From: Isurus oxyrinchus
Lineage: Eukaryota
Direction: 5' to 3'
Assembly (NCBI GenBank): GCA_026770705.1
Contig: JANJGN010000029.1
Coordinates: 22,816,001-22,880,000 of the forward strand
Length of the DNA: 64,000 nucleotides
Position numbers and translations under genes: made by a program. Positions 12,614 to 22,484 of the stretch are shown here, piece by piece. Below the pieces are notes generated by a model. It was given only the letters and a program-made list of their open reading frames with translations. It was not told the DNA's origin and searched no databases. Every line of letters starts with the position of its first letter. The stretch's first letter is position 1.

Positions 12614-13003
12614 ATGGGAGGGCGAAGGTAGGGGAGTGGAGGGGGGTGGGGAGGGAGGGAGGGGAGGATGGGGAGCTGGGGGGGTTGGGCAGATGGCAGC
12701 TGGGTGGTTGGGCAGGTGAGGAAAGGGGAGGGGGAGAGGGACTGGGAGAGGGGCAGAGGAAGGGGGAAGTGGGAGAGGGAGAGGGAGGGGGAANNNNNNN
12801 NNNNNNNNNNNNNNNNNNNNNNNNNNNNNNNNNNNNNNNNNNNNNNNNNNNNNNNNNNNNNNNNNNNNNNNNNNNNNNNNNNNNNNNNNNNNNNNNNNNN
12901 NNNNNNNNNNNNNNNNNNNNNNNNNNNNNNNNNNNNNNNNNNNNNNNNNNNNNNNNNNNNNNNNNNAGAGTCACAGAGGTGGGGTGGAGTGGGGTGGGGA
13001 GGG
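12614..13003 (+). repeat. G-rich low-complexity tract with quadruplex potential, flanking an assembly gap
   Basis: Many GGG(G) runs separated by 1-7 nt on the plus strand, on both sides of the N run. Confidence 0.8.
12794..12966. other. Assembly gap (173 N)
   Basis: Run of n characters. Confidence 1.
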
Positions 13004-13045
13004 ATGGACACACATATCTTGCAGCAGCAGCACTCACTCACTCAC

Positions 13046-13300
13046 CTTCCTCCCTCCCCTGCCCACACAAAGGGGCTAACCGGCCTAGCTGAGGGACGCC
13101 CACCAGCTCCAGGGTGAGCGCCTTGAGGGGACATCAAAGTGGGAGGGTGGGTGAGGAGATTCAGCAACAACCCTCAGAATACCTCCAAAACCCATTCCCA
13201 CTGAATGGAACCAGTTACCCATCGCCCTCCCGCATCTTTTACCATCTATTTTCGCTCCACAAGCCGCTCCATCACCACCGGAAGTCGTTCCAACACGACT
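13046..13300 (-). other. DR1: Probable non-coding first exon of DR1 (5' end approximate)
   Basis: Strong donor GGAAG|gtgagt at 13046/13045 on the minus strand, ETS palindrome at 13279-13304, and candidate acceptors downstream (exon starts 12476 or 12298). Confidence 0.55.
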
Positions 13301-13439
13301 TCCGTTTCCAGGGGTAACGGATTTTAAAAACTTTATTATTTCACCCTTTAATATCTCTCTTTTTCCTCTTTCTTCCTTACTTAATATTTAGGATTTTAAA
13401 AAATGCGCAAATTTTAAAAAATAGCCTACTTTCACGTAC

Positions 13440-13459
13440 TGCATTCTGGGAGTTGTAGT
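13440..13459 (-). promoter_or_regulatory. ZNF143(Staf)/THAP11-type motif ACTACAACTCCCAGAATGCA
   Basis: Plus-strand tgcattctgggagttgtagt matches the established ACTACAnnTCCCAgaATGC motif. Confidence 0.85.
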
Positions 13460-13629
13460 TTTACAGTCTCCCAGTGTATTGTTTTTAAATACCCTAAAAT
13501 TATTAATTTCTAAATGGTATGCATTCCAACTGTAACTTGTTTAATCATCTTAATTCATGAATTAAACGTGAAATTTAGTTGGAATAAATAAAAAAGTAAA
13601 TTCCTGTTGTTGAAGAACTGGCGCCTAAT

Positions 13630-13648
13630 GACTTTTGGGAATTGTAGT
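13630..13648 (-). promoter_or_regulatory. Second ZNF143/THAP11-type motif ACTACAATTCCCAAAAGTC
   Basis: Plus-strand gacttttgggaattgtagt. Confidence 0.75.
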
Positions 13649-14001
13649 TTCTTCCAATGTATGTTTTTCTCGCTTGTAAATTTCATTTCAAGATTTAATT
13701 TGTTTGCATTAATTGTTATTTCGTAACGTATAATAAAATAAAAGGTTTAATTTGCTTGTTTAGTGCCTTTTAAAAAGCTTAATTTTCTCCTCAGGATATC
13801 TGGGCAGCAGGGGTCCCGCCCATCTTAAGGCGGGACCAAACCCGCAGTCCTCCTTCGGATTGGCCGGCTTGTGTCAGTCGTGTACAAAGTTCGGGGGACG
13901 CTAGTGGTCCGGCGGAACGTCGATCGCCTGAAAGCCGCGCCGCCGATTGGCGCGCCCAGCTGTCGGTCACAGGCGGCCTGCGGCAGCTTCCGGTTGTGGT
14001 G

Positions 14002-14094
14002 ATGATGATGGCAGGGAGAGGAGCTGAGAGTTTATTCCTGGTGCTCCTGCTCCTGGTTGGGGTCTCTGCGCGGTTCCACCGCCTCACGCTCAAG
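14002..14094 (+). CDS. GPR108: GPR108 exon 1 (signal peptide, MMMAGRGAESLFLVLLLLVGVSARFHRLTLK)
   Basis: Three tandem ATGs (14002, 14005, 14008), a hydrophobic leader, the RxHxLxL start of mature GPR107/108, and donor AAG|gtgagt. Confidence 0.9.
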
Positions 14095-14569
14095 GTGAGT
14101 GGCCTTCGGGGGTTGGGCAGTGCCGCCTTAGGCAGGTGTCAGTGCGGTTGGTGGCTTTCGCTGGCCCTGGAGGCCTCCTGCTGGCCCCAGTGCCTTGGGG
14201 TTTAAGGTGTTTTCCCTTGTTCCCCAGTGTTGGTTAAAAAGTTCCCCTATTAGTTTTGGGGCTATTTTCAGGGGCCCCTCAAGTCACTAATCATATGGCA
14301 ATATGAGGGGGGTGGGGTGGTGGAGGAAGGAGCAAACACCCTATGCCATGATGCCACCTCACTCTTCCCACATTCATCAAGTGGCAAAACTGCCATGTCA
14401 CCTGTATCTGTGATGTCCCACTCTGCAATTATAATCAGGACTTTGGAGGCTATATTTATTTACATTGCAGCTGGTGATGGCGATCCACCTCCGGGGCAGA
14501 GCCTCTGCTCAGTTCTGCAGGCTTCGGGGTTTCTTCACGTTCTTGTAGATTTTGATTCTTCAATTTCGA

Positions 14570-14790
14570 GTTTCCTGACACCATCGGTTTCTTTCCCCCC
14601 TCCCCCCTTGGTGTACACCCCTCCAACGTTCCTTCAGCAACTCCTTGCGCCTTTGGAATATGGTCATTCTCCAACCTTGTTGCGTTTTCTTGATGGTGTT
14701 CCCTAACGCCCTTTCCTCCTCCACCGTCCTGAGAACCACTTCATTGTTCCTGTGTTCTCTCCAACTAACCCGCTCCATCCTTCTTCAGGG
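14570..14790 (-). mobile_element. RTE-clade LINE C-terminal remnant
   Basis: ORF 14560..14778 (RVSWREHRNNEVVLRTVEEERALGNTIKK...LLK...GGRG) resembles the RTE ORF end (RISW..TNEEVL...GxRxRGR). Confidence 0.6.
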
Positions 14791-14802
14791 ATACACTCTG
14801 AC

Positions 14803-14950
14803 TGGCTGAAATACTAAGCAGGTCAGGCATCATTTGTGGAGAGAGAACAGAGTTAATGATTTGGGTCAATAATCTTGCGAGTTTTTCCAACATTTTCTGT
14901 GTATTTTTTTAAATTTCAGATTTCCACCATTTGCAGTGTTCTGCATTTTG
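14803..14950. mobile_element. Penelope-derived short inverted fragment
   Basis: agcaggtcaggcatcatttgtggagagagaacagagttaa followed by the opposite-strand tail gagtttttccaacattttctg...tcagatttcca. Confidence 0.65.
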
Positions 14951-15259
14951 TTCAAAATCAAGAGCAGCTGCTTCTTCTCTCTGTTTTCCTTAATTTTTAA
15001 GTTTCAACACTGTACAACAAGTATAATTTTCAACCTGGGATTGCTAGATTGTTGTTAACCGAAGGTATTAAGGGGAAAAGGTGAGTATATGGAGTTAGGT
15101 CACAAATCAGCCATGATCACCCTTTTAAGCAAGTTTTGATTATCTGAAGAACATATTTGAAGGGCTAAAAGGCCTCTTGTTTGTTTCTAGCTGAGCAATT
15201 GGTGCTGCATCATTTGCATGTTATTGGGTTCATTCTGACTGTTGGGACAAACATTGGAC

Positions 15260-16100
15260 AACGACAACAGTCTGCATTTAAATAGCACCGTTAATGTTAG
15301 TACAACATTTCTAGGTGCTTTATAAAATGTGATTATAAATCAGAATTTGACACTGAGCCATGTAAGGAGCGATTAGGGAAATGACTGCAGACCTGGTTGA
15401 AGAGATGGGTTTTGAGGAATATCTTTTGAGGAAGAAGGAGAGGTGGAGAGGTTCAGGGAGGGAATTCCAGCGCTTGGGGCTCAGATAATGGAAGGCACAG
15501 CCACCAATGGTGGAGCGGTTTAAAATAAGGGATGTGCAAGAGGCCAGAATTGGTTGAATGCTGATAATTTGGAGGTTGAGGCAGGAGGAGATGACCGTTA
15601 GGAGGGTTAGGGCCATGGAAGGATTTGAAAAAGAGGAAGAGAATTTTAAAATCAAGGTAGAAAATGCAGGAAATGCTCGTCGGGTAGCATCTGTGGAAGG
15701 AGAAACAGAATTAATGATTCAGGCCTATGGACTTTGAGTATTTCCATCATTTTCTGTTTCTTTTTAATTTCAGATTTCCAGCATCTGTAATCTTTTTTTG
15801 TTTAAAATCCTGGCGTTGCTTAACTAGGTGCCAAGGTTTCGAACAGGACTTGGTGCAAGTTAGAACACGGACTGCAGAGTTTTGAATGACCTCGAGTTTT
15901 GGAAGGGTAGAATTAGGGAGGCTGCTGTGGAGTGCATTGGAATTGTCAAGTCTAGAAGTAAAAAAGGCATGGGTGAGGTTTTCAGCAGCAGATAAGCTGA
16001 GGGGAAGATGGGGTTAGGTGGTGTGATGGAAGCAGATGGTTTTAGTGACGTTGCGGGTATGTGGCAGGAAGTTTATCTTGAGGTCAATATAACACCAAGG
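15260..16100 (-). mobile_element. L2 LINE fragment interrupted by a Penelope-derived insert (15654-15800)
   Basis: ORF 15320..15655 (STIGGCAFHYLSPKRWNSLP) is L2-like. The insert is flanked by tttaaaatc at 15645-15653 and 15801-15809. Confidence 0.75.
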
Positions 16101-16389
16101 CCATTCTTCTTCATGAACCTGGATGATGAGTGTTCGCATACTATTTGAGTATAGGGGCCTTGTAGCCAAGGCCAGTACTGCCCTCGCTTAACATCTGGAT
16201 ACAAAATACTTACAGGAGAAGTGGGAATCCATCAGCCTAGCATGCTAAGTGCAGTGAGGGACAACTTCCTTTCTACCAAATGCCCTTTTGATGTAATTTC
16301 TGCTGCTTTCTGGCATTAACTTGATCTCATCCATTACACTGCTGCTTGTATCCTCTATGTTCACTTGCCACCTTTGTGCTCACTTTGGG

Positions 16390-16660
16390 TCCTGGTCTGG
16401 CATTGCTCCATTTTAAAAATTCTCATCCTGCTTTTCAAATCCCTCCGGTGCCCTGTTCTTTCCCTATCTCTGTAACTCCCATCAGGCATACAGTCCTCTG
16501 CATTTTCTGCACTTCTCCAATTCTGGTCTCTTGCGCATCCCCAATTCTAATGGCTCAACCAATGGCGGCTGTCCCTTCAGCTGTCTAGACCCTAAGTTCT
16601 GGAATTCCCTCCCTTCACCTCCACCTTTCTCCCCTTGTTTAAGATGCTTCTGAAAACCTA
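16390..16660 (+). mobile_element. L2 LINE fragment
   Basis: ttttaaaaattctcatcctg...ttcaaatccctcc...ctaagttctggaattccctccc. Confidence 0.7.
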
Positions 16661-17719
16661 TTAGCTGATGTAGTGCCTGATCCTGTGCAACATCCTCTCT
16701 GGGCAGCTGTTAGCAGGCCAAGGAAGAGCAAGCATCTTCATCCAATCAGGTTGGAGAACCCTCACTGAGACATGCAGCATCCTAACCAGGGAGCATAAAG
16801 CAAGGAATATAAATTAGTTTAAAATCATGTACAGAAAGGGAACTGCAGATAAAATTAAAGGACAGAGATAGATGAAACATAGGGGAAAAAAAACTTCTAA
16901 AATTATTGCAACTTAAAAAAAAATCCTCAATGTTAATTTTCTTCTGAGAGAATGACACTCCGCAACTGTAAATTTAATTTTTCAGGGTCACAGAAGTTGT
17001 TCACTAATTATTACTTGATGTGCCATTTAAAAGCTCACTTGCTCTGTCTTTTTCAGCCATTTTAGTGTGGAACTAACAGGTAAGTACCTAAGTTCACACC
17101 ATTATATTCACTTCGGTGCCAAGGGCACCCTGTGGAAGGCAGAGTATCTCTGATAGCAAATTCTGGATTTCCCTGTTTATCCACACATATGCGAACGTGG
17201 GAAATTTCTGTCAGATTTACCCTGAAATGATGGCAAATGCTAATAGCCACCCCGTTAATAGTGCAGCAAAATCCAGGCCGATATCTCCTGGTGCGGTTTG
17301 GTGTTAAATTTGGTAGTGCTACAGTCGAACACCTCTTCTAACATCGAGGGTGCTAGATGAATGCATGTTGCCGTTTATCCTAGATGCAATCCCAACCTTA
17401 GCTCTTGTTCAAACACTTCTTTTGTTATGATGTGATGTGGTAAGCCCAGTGTGAGGTTCATGTGACCTGATAGCGGAACCTATTTATTGTGTTCTTTTGT
17501 TTCAATGCTGTCAAATTCTGTGTAATAGAGCAGGGATTTTCAAACTTTACTGTGTAGTGAATTTTCTGCAAGCATGTTGGGAGCGCTCAGTCTGAAAGAC
17601 ATGTCCTCTGCTCTTGAGGAAGTCATGCTATCGTAATTGAAGACATGCTTAAACTGTTAATGACAACAGGAATAATGCACTATAAAGTCAATAAGTACAG
17701 AAACCTGATAGAACTTGGG

Positions 17720-18120
17720 GGTGAAAATGTAGCAGGAGTAGGCCATACAGCCCTAAGAGTCTACTCCACCATTCAATAAGATCATGGCTCATCTTCTATC
17801 TCAAACCCATTTCCCTGCCCTGTCCCCATAATCCCTTGATTGACTTAAGTGTCCAATGTTTATCGATCTTAGTTTTTAAAATACGTAACAACCAGGTACC
17901 TACAGCTCTCTGGAATATAGTTGTAAAGATTCACAGCCTTCTAAGCAAAGGAATTTCTCCTCGTCTCAAACCTAAATGACCGAACCCTTATTCTGAGCCT
18001 GTGCCCCCTAGTCCTAGATTCTCCATCCAAGGAAACGAGCTGCTTGGCATCCATTCTGTGAAGTCCCTTCAGAATTTTATGTACATTTAAATTAAATTGC
18101 CTCTCATTCTTCTAAACTCA
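17720..18120 (-). mobile_element. CR1 3' fragment
   Basis: Starts agcaggagtaggccat...attcaataagatcatggct and ends cctctcattcttctaaactc. Confidence 0.8.
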
Positions 18121-18280
18121 CTCCTGAAGGGGATGATGCATGTCGGGGCATTTGTGGAAATGACATGTCAGTTATTTCACTGTCTTGCTGAGGCACCTAG
18201 GCTATGGGATCCCAGTTCAAAAAGCTATGGTCCGTAATGTTGCGTGTCTCTCTCTTTAACCTAATTTTCATTTGTCTTAG

Positions 18281-18397
18281 GGTGACACTAGATCAAGGGT
18301 CCATTTGAATACCTTTGGCTTCTACACTAACGGGACTTTGGACGTAAACCTCACAAGTCTTCGGATAAACACAGCCTTGGCCTTGGACAAGATTATA
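18281..18397 (+). CDS. GPR108: GPR108 exon 2 (GDTRSRVHLNTFGFYTNGTLDVNLTSLRINTALALDKII)
   Basis: tttgtcttag acceptor, ATA|gtgagt donor, 117 nt. FGFYTNG is the GPR108-type motif. Confidence 0.93.
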
Positions 18398-18969
18398 GTG
18401 AGTGGTGTTTGAGTGAAGTATGATGTGGCTTAGGAAGTTGTGCAATGATAATGATGTCCTGTTTACTGGAATGCATGCACAGCTTGGTTTGAAGTCATCT
18501 GCATACATACAAAGTCTTTTTCCCCTCCCTCCCCAATCTTCCCTCTACTGGCGGACAGTTCCATGAACAACTCTCACCACCTTCTCAAGGGCACTTAGGG
18601 ATGAGCAACAAATGTTGGCCTAGCCAGAGACGCTCCACATCCTGTGAAAGAATTAAAAAGAAAAATGCCCCAACTTGGTTCAGCCTCTTCAGGAGGAGAA
18701 AGTTATACATCAATGCTTCCCCCCCCCCCAGTAACCATCTCTTATTTATAGCCATGCTAGCAGTTTCAAATAGGACGGGATATTGGATTCCCTGATTCTG
18801 TTCTCTCCCAGTGATATCTGGGAATATGAATTCACTGAACAATTGTGGTTGGGAATGGGAAGTGTAGTTTTATATTTCTCCATCAGCTGTAGAGCTCTGG
18901 AGATCAGTTGGTTCACAGCAGACTGGGGACCAAATGCAGGATGTTTCTAAGTGGTATGCTCAGGTCTGT

Positions 18970-19300
18970 AACCAGGGGGCATAGATTTAAGCTAAGAGGT
19001 GGAAGGCTAAGCGGGAAGTTGAGGAGAAAATTTTTCACCCTGAGGGTGGTAGGAGTCTGGAATTCTCTGCCTGAAAGGGTGGTTGAATCAGAAACTCTCG
19101 TAACATTTAAGTATTTGGATAGTCACTTGCATTGCCATAGCTTCCAGGGCTAAGCAGACTGGGGACCAAATGCAGGACGTTTCTGACTGGTACGCTCAGG
19201 TCTGTAACAGGCCAAGCGCTGGAAATGGGATTAGTGTAGTCAGATCTTTGTTGACTGGCGTGGGCACAATGGGCTGAATGGCCTCCTTCTGTGCTGTAAA
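18970..19300 (+). mobile_element. CR1 3' fragment containing a 56-bp copy of its upstream flank
   Basis: Reads TRGHRFKL...[21 protein letters not shown]. 18917-18972 is repeated at 19153-19208. Confidence 0.8.
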
Positions 19301-19711
19301 TGTCTGAGTCTGTGGATAGACTGTGAAAGCATGATTCATTGTGACTGTGCAGGCCAGATAGCCAGGACCTGTGGGGCAGATAGTTGCACACGTTGGACTT
19401 TGGACACCATTGAGTTAGGTCATTCAGCCAGGCAGAGGTCCCCCTGCCATCGCCATAGCCATCGTGTTGCACCGTGTGAGCTGTACGGTAAAGAGACCTG
19501 TCAAGTGACCTGCCCTCCAAGGGGGAGGAGGGTGCAGTGTGGCAGTAGTGGGGTGGTTGCTGGGTGTGCACTGTTGCCAGTTCTAGTTGACTAGAGGCAT
19601 GCAACAGCAGATGGAACAGGAAAAATTTCAAATGTCTTGAATCTGAAATGTAACCTGGAAATGGGGAGTTGGTGTTTAAGAGGGAGGAAAAAAAGGATCT
19701 GTTTTTTTTTT

Positions 19712-20310
19712 ACAGCACCATTCATGATTTTGATCGATGGAGGTCCAAAGTTCTTAACAGCCAATGAAGTACTTTTTGAAGTGAGTCATTGATGTAATGT
19801 AGGACATGTTGTAACCATTTTGCACAACAAAACGAGCTCCCCCAAACAGCAATGTAATAATGATTAGAAAATCTGTTCTTAGTAATGTTGATTGAGGGAG
19901 AATTATTGGCCATGACACCAGGGAGAACTCTTCCAGCTATTCTTTGTAATACTCTTACCTTATCATTGTCATTGTCATTTGTGGGAGCTTGCTGTGCGTA
20001 ACTTGGCTGTCGTATTTCCCTCATTACAAACGTGACTCTTCAAAAGTAACTCATTGGCTGTAAAGAACTTTGAGATGTCCAGTGTTCATGAAAAGTGCTG
20101 TATAAATGCAAATTTTCTTTCTTTTGAAATAGTGCCATGGAATTTTTAAGTCCACCGAGAGGGCAAATGAGGCCCCGGTTTAACATCTTATCCAAAAACA
20201 ATGTCTCTGACAAAGGAACACTCCCTCAGTACTGCACCAAGGTGTTGGCCTATCTCTTTATGCTCAAGTCCCTGAAGTGGGACTTGAACCCACAACCTTC
20301 TGACTTAGGA
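19712..20310 (-). mobile_element. DeuSINE (minus) with a second, 5'-truncated DeuSINE (plus, ~19960-20125) nested inside it
   Basis: The minus-strand body stops near 19945 and resumes at 20125 (tgaaatagtgccatgg). The intervening segment is the family 3' half on the plus strand. Confidence 0.75.
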
Positions 20311-20945
20311 AGAAGGATACGTTAGCCCTTTGCATGGCCTTTCACTAGGCTTCAAGCCTGTATCTGCTTGACACTCCTGTAGTAAGGCTAACTTGGATAA
20401 GTACGAATCTGCCCCAAAAGGGTTTTAAAAAAAAAAGAGCAGAGGTCCAACTAGCTCAGCACCCAACAGTATAATACAGGTTGTACCAAGGGTGGGGACA
20501 GAGTAGCAGGGTGGTGTTGGTGGGGGCACAGAAACTGAAGATACCAAGGTAAAGGCAGAAAAGTGAGCTGGCCCTAAAGGAAGGGAAAACAGTCAAAAGT
20601 GATGTAAGTGGAAGAATCCGTCAAAAAGCTAGCAAAGATGGCTATACCCCTCCCCACCAGGTGACCCCTTTTCCCTACTCAACAGGATTGGCAGGGTGCA
20701 AGAATGGACCAGAGCGCCACAGCTCTTGCACTTCACTGTGCTGCCCTCCATGACATTAGCACACATTGCATAGTTGAGGTATCAGGTCTGCGGAGACTGT
20801 TTGAGAAATGTGTTGGGTTTTTTTTTGTGGTCCAGTTACTAAGCAAAATTCCCTGTGTGTATGTACAGTAACTGTTTTGACTTACTTTTTCTAACTTTAC
20901 TAATACATGTTTACTCATTCCTTCTCTCATATATATATCTACCAG

Positions 20946-20996
20946 ATTGGGTTTAGCCTTTCAAAAACGAAGACTGATGGTGTGGCTGCCTATACA
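20946..20996 (+). CDS. GPR108: GPR108 exon 3 (IGFSLSKTKTDGVAAYT)
   Basis: ctaccag acceptor, ACA|gtgagt donor, 51 nt, GFSL motif. Confidence 0.92.
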
Positions 20997-21788
20997 GTGA
21001 GTATTATGAAAGGGAGAAAGTACTTATGCAGCGCTCTTCACATGACACTAGCCTAGATTTTGTGCTCAAATCTTTGAACGTGAATTGAGTGAATGGTATA
21101 TTAATTATATTGTTAAAATTCACAGGTGAAGAGCATTGTTTAATTAAATTCTTCGAGCACTTATAGAGCCTGTTGATTGCCCCTTTAAGGGGCTACCACT
21201 TAAATTTAACTTGTTAATTTGATTATTTAGTCAAAAGAGGATAGAGACTGCTGGGACACTGGGTTGGTTGGTAGAAAGCAGACATGTGTAATGCTGCATT
21301 CTGTGAATATCAAGAAAAGCATTAGTGTCTAGTTTTATAGTTTACCAACTGGCTTGGGATTAAAATTACAACTTGAAGCCACAGGCTTCTGAATCGGAAG
21401 AGCAAGTACTTCCCACTGAAAAAACACCTCACCAAACTGTTTCAAATCTTTTCATTGATACCAACCTTCTAAAGTCACTTGTTCCACTGTGTTTCTTGTT
21501 TCCTGTGTTCTGGTACCTGTTTTATTTTTTTGCCCACTTAAGGGCATCAGGGCTTCACATGCAGGGCGCTGTATAAATTTGATTTTTCGCTTCTGCCACT
21601 TGGTGCACTCTGGAGGGTGCTGTTGTTTCAGGTGGGACTTCCCAGCTCTGACAAAAGGTCCCACCTGAAAAAAGGTAACCTTCCTTTCAGATGCTGAAGA
21701 AACGCGATGCGGTTATGATGGTAATTGAAATCCTTTTGCAGCTTGCGACTGCATCTGGAATAACAACAAGGTTATGTTTCTGACATAG

Positions 21789-21880
21789 GTAGATGAATCC
21801 ACAAGATGTTTGTTGGAGAAATACAACAGTTCCTCGGGGGAATCTCTTACCCTCTTTGTGTTCGATCTGATACAGAATAA
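21789..21880 (+). CDS. GPR108: GPR108 exon 4 (VDESTRCLLEKYNSSSGESLTLFVFDLIQN)
   Basis: tttctgacatag acceptor, AA|gtaagt donor, 92 nt, phases 0/2. Contains the conserved luminal Cys. Confidence 0.85.
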
Positions 21881-22484
21881 GTAAGTATTGCCTTTTGCAG
21901 AAAATTGTCTGTTTTCTGTGGGGAGGGGCTATTTTCTGTACTCTGGATATTGTTCTTGTAACTGTTTTGAATTGGCCTGGGGCTATATTTGGCTTCTTGT
22001 GGAAGGAAGGCCTGTTCTTGGACTTCCATCTTATAAAACCTAAGCCAACAAATGGCCTGTAGCTGTGCTGGAAAACATGAAGGTGGCCTTGTGCCTCGTC
22101 CTGACAGCACTAGACCCTTCTCCTGATGTGCAGGCAGCTTAGCAAAGGCATCCAAGTCTTAGCCTTAAAGGTACTGAGACGTCGTTGTACCTTGCAGCCT
22201 AATCTTTGCATGTGAGTTGACTGGGCTGACCAGAGTGAAGCCTGAGGAAACGCACTCATGCCCCTTTTGAGGAACGAAATGCAATCGCTGATTTCACTGA
22301 GCTGTATGGTTTTTATTTGAGCAATGTTCACCTGTCTTAGGTTCAGCAAAGCCATTAGGAATGTGATCCCTTTCACCTCTGCCACACAGATTTAATTTAT
22401 TCTTTAGTCTTGCTGGAAAAAAATGGACAAGCTGTCGAAGTTTCTCGTCTTTGTGCTGGGCATGAGTTTCCCCATCTCTCCCCC

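Larger units (their letters stand above)
13279..13995. promoter_or_regulatory. Bidirectional promoter region between DR1 and GPR108
   Basis: Inverted ETS pair 13279-13304, two ZNF143/SBS-type motifs, inverted GGCGGGA pair 13812-13837, ATTGG (CCAAT) boxes near 13859 and 13946, ETS cttccgg near 13988, CpG-rich 13810-14170. Confidence 0.75.

Noticed and set aside
12553-13117. Long Pro- or Gly-rich ORFs of 148-162 aa
   Set aside because: Artefacts of the N gap and G/C low complexity.
19107-19631. 174-aa minus-strand ORF
   Set aside because: Partly antisense to a CR1 fragment, with no recognisable homology or exon boundaries.
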